A stretch of DNA of 8,124 nucleotides from the NCBI GenBank assembly GCA_000004985.1, contig GG739088.1; one strand, given 5' to 3'. Of this stretch, positions 6,809 to 8,124 are shown one piece after another (the stretch's first letter is position 1; each line of letters opens with the position of its first letter). This stretch comes from Naegleria gruberi (Eukaryota). The notes beneath the pieces were generated by a model. That model searched no databases. It was not told where the DNA came from and was given only the letters and a program-made list of their open reading frames with translations. A program made the position numbers and the translations under genes.

Positions 6809-8100
6809 GTGGTGAAGAATGTTTGGGTTATGCCCTCATTAAATATTTGCACTCTAATGCCTTCTCTAGCAATTTTGAAACTCTCTTTGCTAGAACTGAC
6901 ATGATTGCCACAGAATTGGGAAGACAATTAGCAACTGCTGGAACCAAATTGTCACCAGATGCTGATTCTATTTGGAATTTTGCTACTTGGAAGACCATTG
7001 ATGGAAAGAATTTCAAAGATGAAACTTGGTATACCAATCAAAAGAGTTACATTAGAGGTACTGATGGAAAACCAGCATTCTATTCATCCATTCTTAAGGA
7101 AAATTATTGTCAACCATCATTTGATAATTACTATTTCACTGGTGAAGATTTGTTAAAGTACTCACCAGATGATTTCATTCTCCTCTCAAATGGTAGATGT
7201 GCCTCCACTTGTGCATTGTTCACTCGTCACCTCCAAGAATCTCAAAAGGTAAAGACTGTTGTCGTTGGTGGTTTGAGTGGTCAACCACAACAAATTGCAC
7301 AAGTTCCAGGTGGTCAAGTTTATGAATTTGAAGATTTACTTGCTGATATTAAGAGTTTGAACATTAATTCAGATGTTACTCCAAAGCCACTTCCAGTTCA
7401 ATCAAGATTCAGATTTGCCATTCGTGAAGCTTATGCTTGGAATCAAAATGAATTAACTCCTTTGGAATTCTTCTTTGAAGGTTCTGATTTCAGATTGAGT
7501 TATACTAAGGAAAGTGCTGTTGATAGATCAAAGGTTTGGATTGATACTATGAAATTCTTTGATATTTGTGCTAAATGGCAAACCAAGGCATGTAACTTGA
7601 CCAATGGACAAGGTGTTCAAAATTGTAATACCAACACTGGTAAATATGTTCCAACCTGTATCTTGACCAGCTGTAATCCTGGATTTGGTTTCTCTGCTGA
7701 AAAGAAGAACTGCATTCCATGTGCCATTGGTGAATATAACCCAGGTCAACTTTCCTGTACTGCTTGTACTAATAAGCCAGCTGAAAATGCAGTCTACACC
7801 AACTCATCCACTACCAACAATTGTCCATTCGCTTGTGATGATGGTTATGATTACAATGCCTCAAAGAATACTTGTGTCATTTCAGAAGATATGAAAGTTG
7901 GTAAGGCCTTCTTTGGTATCATTATTTCCCTATGTGCTCTCTTCTTAATCTTTGCAGTTGCCTTACTCATTGTGACCGTTGTCATGTTTGTAAGGAATAC
8001 AAACGTGTCTCTGGTGAAAGAGCTACTCTCTTATAACTCAAATAAAACATCAATTAAATCCATTCTCAAGATTCTCAAGTTTGTTCCATTAAACATGTAA
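6809..8100 (+). CDS. Second exon of the S41-like gene. It covers the S41 catalytic-region homologue (..FILLSNGRCASTCALFTRHLQESQKVKTVVVGGLSGQ..), a 12-Cys module (7567-7875, CAKWQTKAC...CIPCAIGEYNPGQLSCTAC...CPFACDDGYDYNASKNTC), a 27-residue hydrophobic TM segment (about 7909-7989, FFGIIISLCALFLIFAVALLIVTVVMF) and a short basic tail, ending TAA 8098-8100
   Basis: Single long open frame with strong yeast-like codon bias. The colinear S41 motifs, the CxxCxxGxY spacing typical of ephrin-receptor, GCC2_GCC3 or TNFR-like Cys repeats, the several N-x-S/T sequons and the hydrophobic run were read directly. The last 110 nt or so show a codon-usage shift (gtg, ctg, cta, gag) and a GTAAGG at 7988, so the true C-terminus could differ. 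Confidence 0.7.
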
Positions 8101-8106
8101 ACAGTG

Positions 8107-8122
8107 AGATATGATCATATCT
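8107..8122. repeat. 16-bp perfect palindrome agatatgatcatatct, 7 nt after the S41-like stop codon
   Basis: The reverse complement is identical, as read directly. Confidence 0.85.
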
Positions 8123-8124
8123 GG

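Noticed and set aside
6426-7894. Six short ORFs overlapping the S41-like CDS on either strand (6426..6662 -, 6463..6747 +, 6828..7037 -, 6959..7156 +, 7528..7749 -, 7685..7894 +)
   Set aside because: They are off-frame or antisense to a long, strongly codon-biased CDS. None shows bias or motifs of its own.
1-8124. Prokaryotic or phage interpretation (TTG/GTG starts in the track, operon-like layout), CRISPR arrays, and tRNA or rRNA genes
   Set aside because: Canonical spliceosomal introns interrupt conserved motifs and there are no Shine-Dalgarno patterns. No tRNA cloverleaf candidates, rRNA-like conserved stretches or repeat-spacer arrays are visible. The alternative start codons are a track convention.
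1-8124. Ciliate or other alternative genetic code
   Set aside because: Several frames of 280 to 430 codons are open under the standard code with no in-frame TAA or TAG. A code that reassigns TAA/TAG would normally scatter such codons through genes.

Overview
The window is AT-rich eukaryotic nuclear DNA, roughly one-third GC by eye. Two long masked N runs cover 849-2698 and 4425-6073, and there is one isolated N at 6120. The six-frame track used TTG/GTG as starts and translated N as X, so the long ORFs that span the N runs are artefacts; only real sequence was interpreted. Codon bias is yeast-like (TTG Leu, AGA Arg, GGT Gly, CCA Pro, GCT Ala, CAA Gln). Introns are short GT-AG, with GTATGT or GTAAGT 5' sites, and one carries a near-consensus TACTAAT branch site. 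This suggests a fungus or yeast-like eukaryote or a protist. The exact taxon cannot be determined from sequence alone, and the standard genetic code appears to be in use. Three gene regions are supported. First, a large minus-strand gene whose 3'-ward part is a continuous 282-codon frame at 1-848. This frame runs off both ends and was missed by the ORF track. Its 5' end is best explained by four exons between 3579 and 2699, separated by three very AT-rich micro-introns of 53, 38 and 45 nt. Second, a possible small divergent K/R-rich ORF on the plus strand at 3726-3965. Third, a plus-strand gene at 6075-8100 with one 79-nt intron, encoding an S41 (C-terminal-processing peptidase, tricorn or IRBP)-like domain fused to a 12-cysteine repeat module and a C-terminal transmembrane anchor. 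That architecture is unusual and is the most interesting feature. Reading frames on either side of both masked blocks differ, so further introns or frameshifts must lie under the masks. Smaller oddities are a G-depleted CA-rich leader with a uORF, a cryptic 3x11-residue repeat frame, an 11-bp perfect tandem duplication and a 16-bp palindrome just after the S41 stop.
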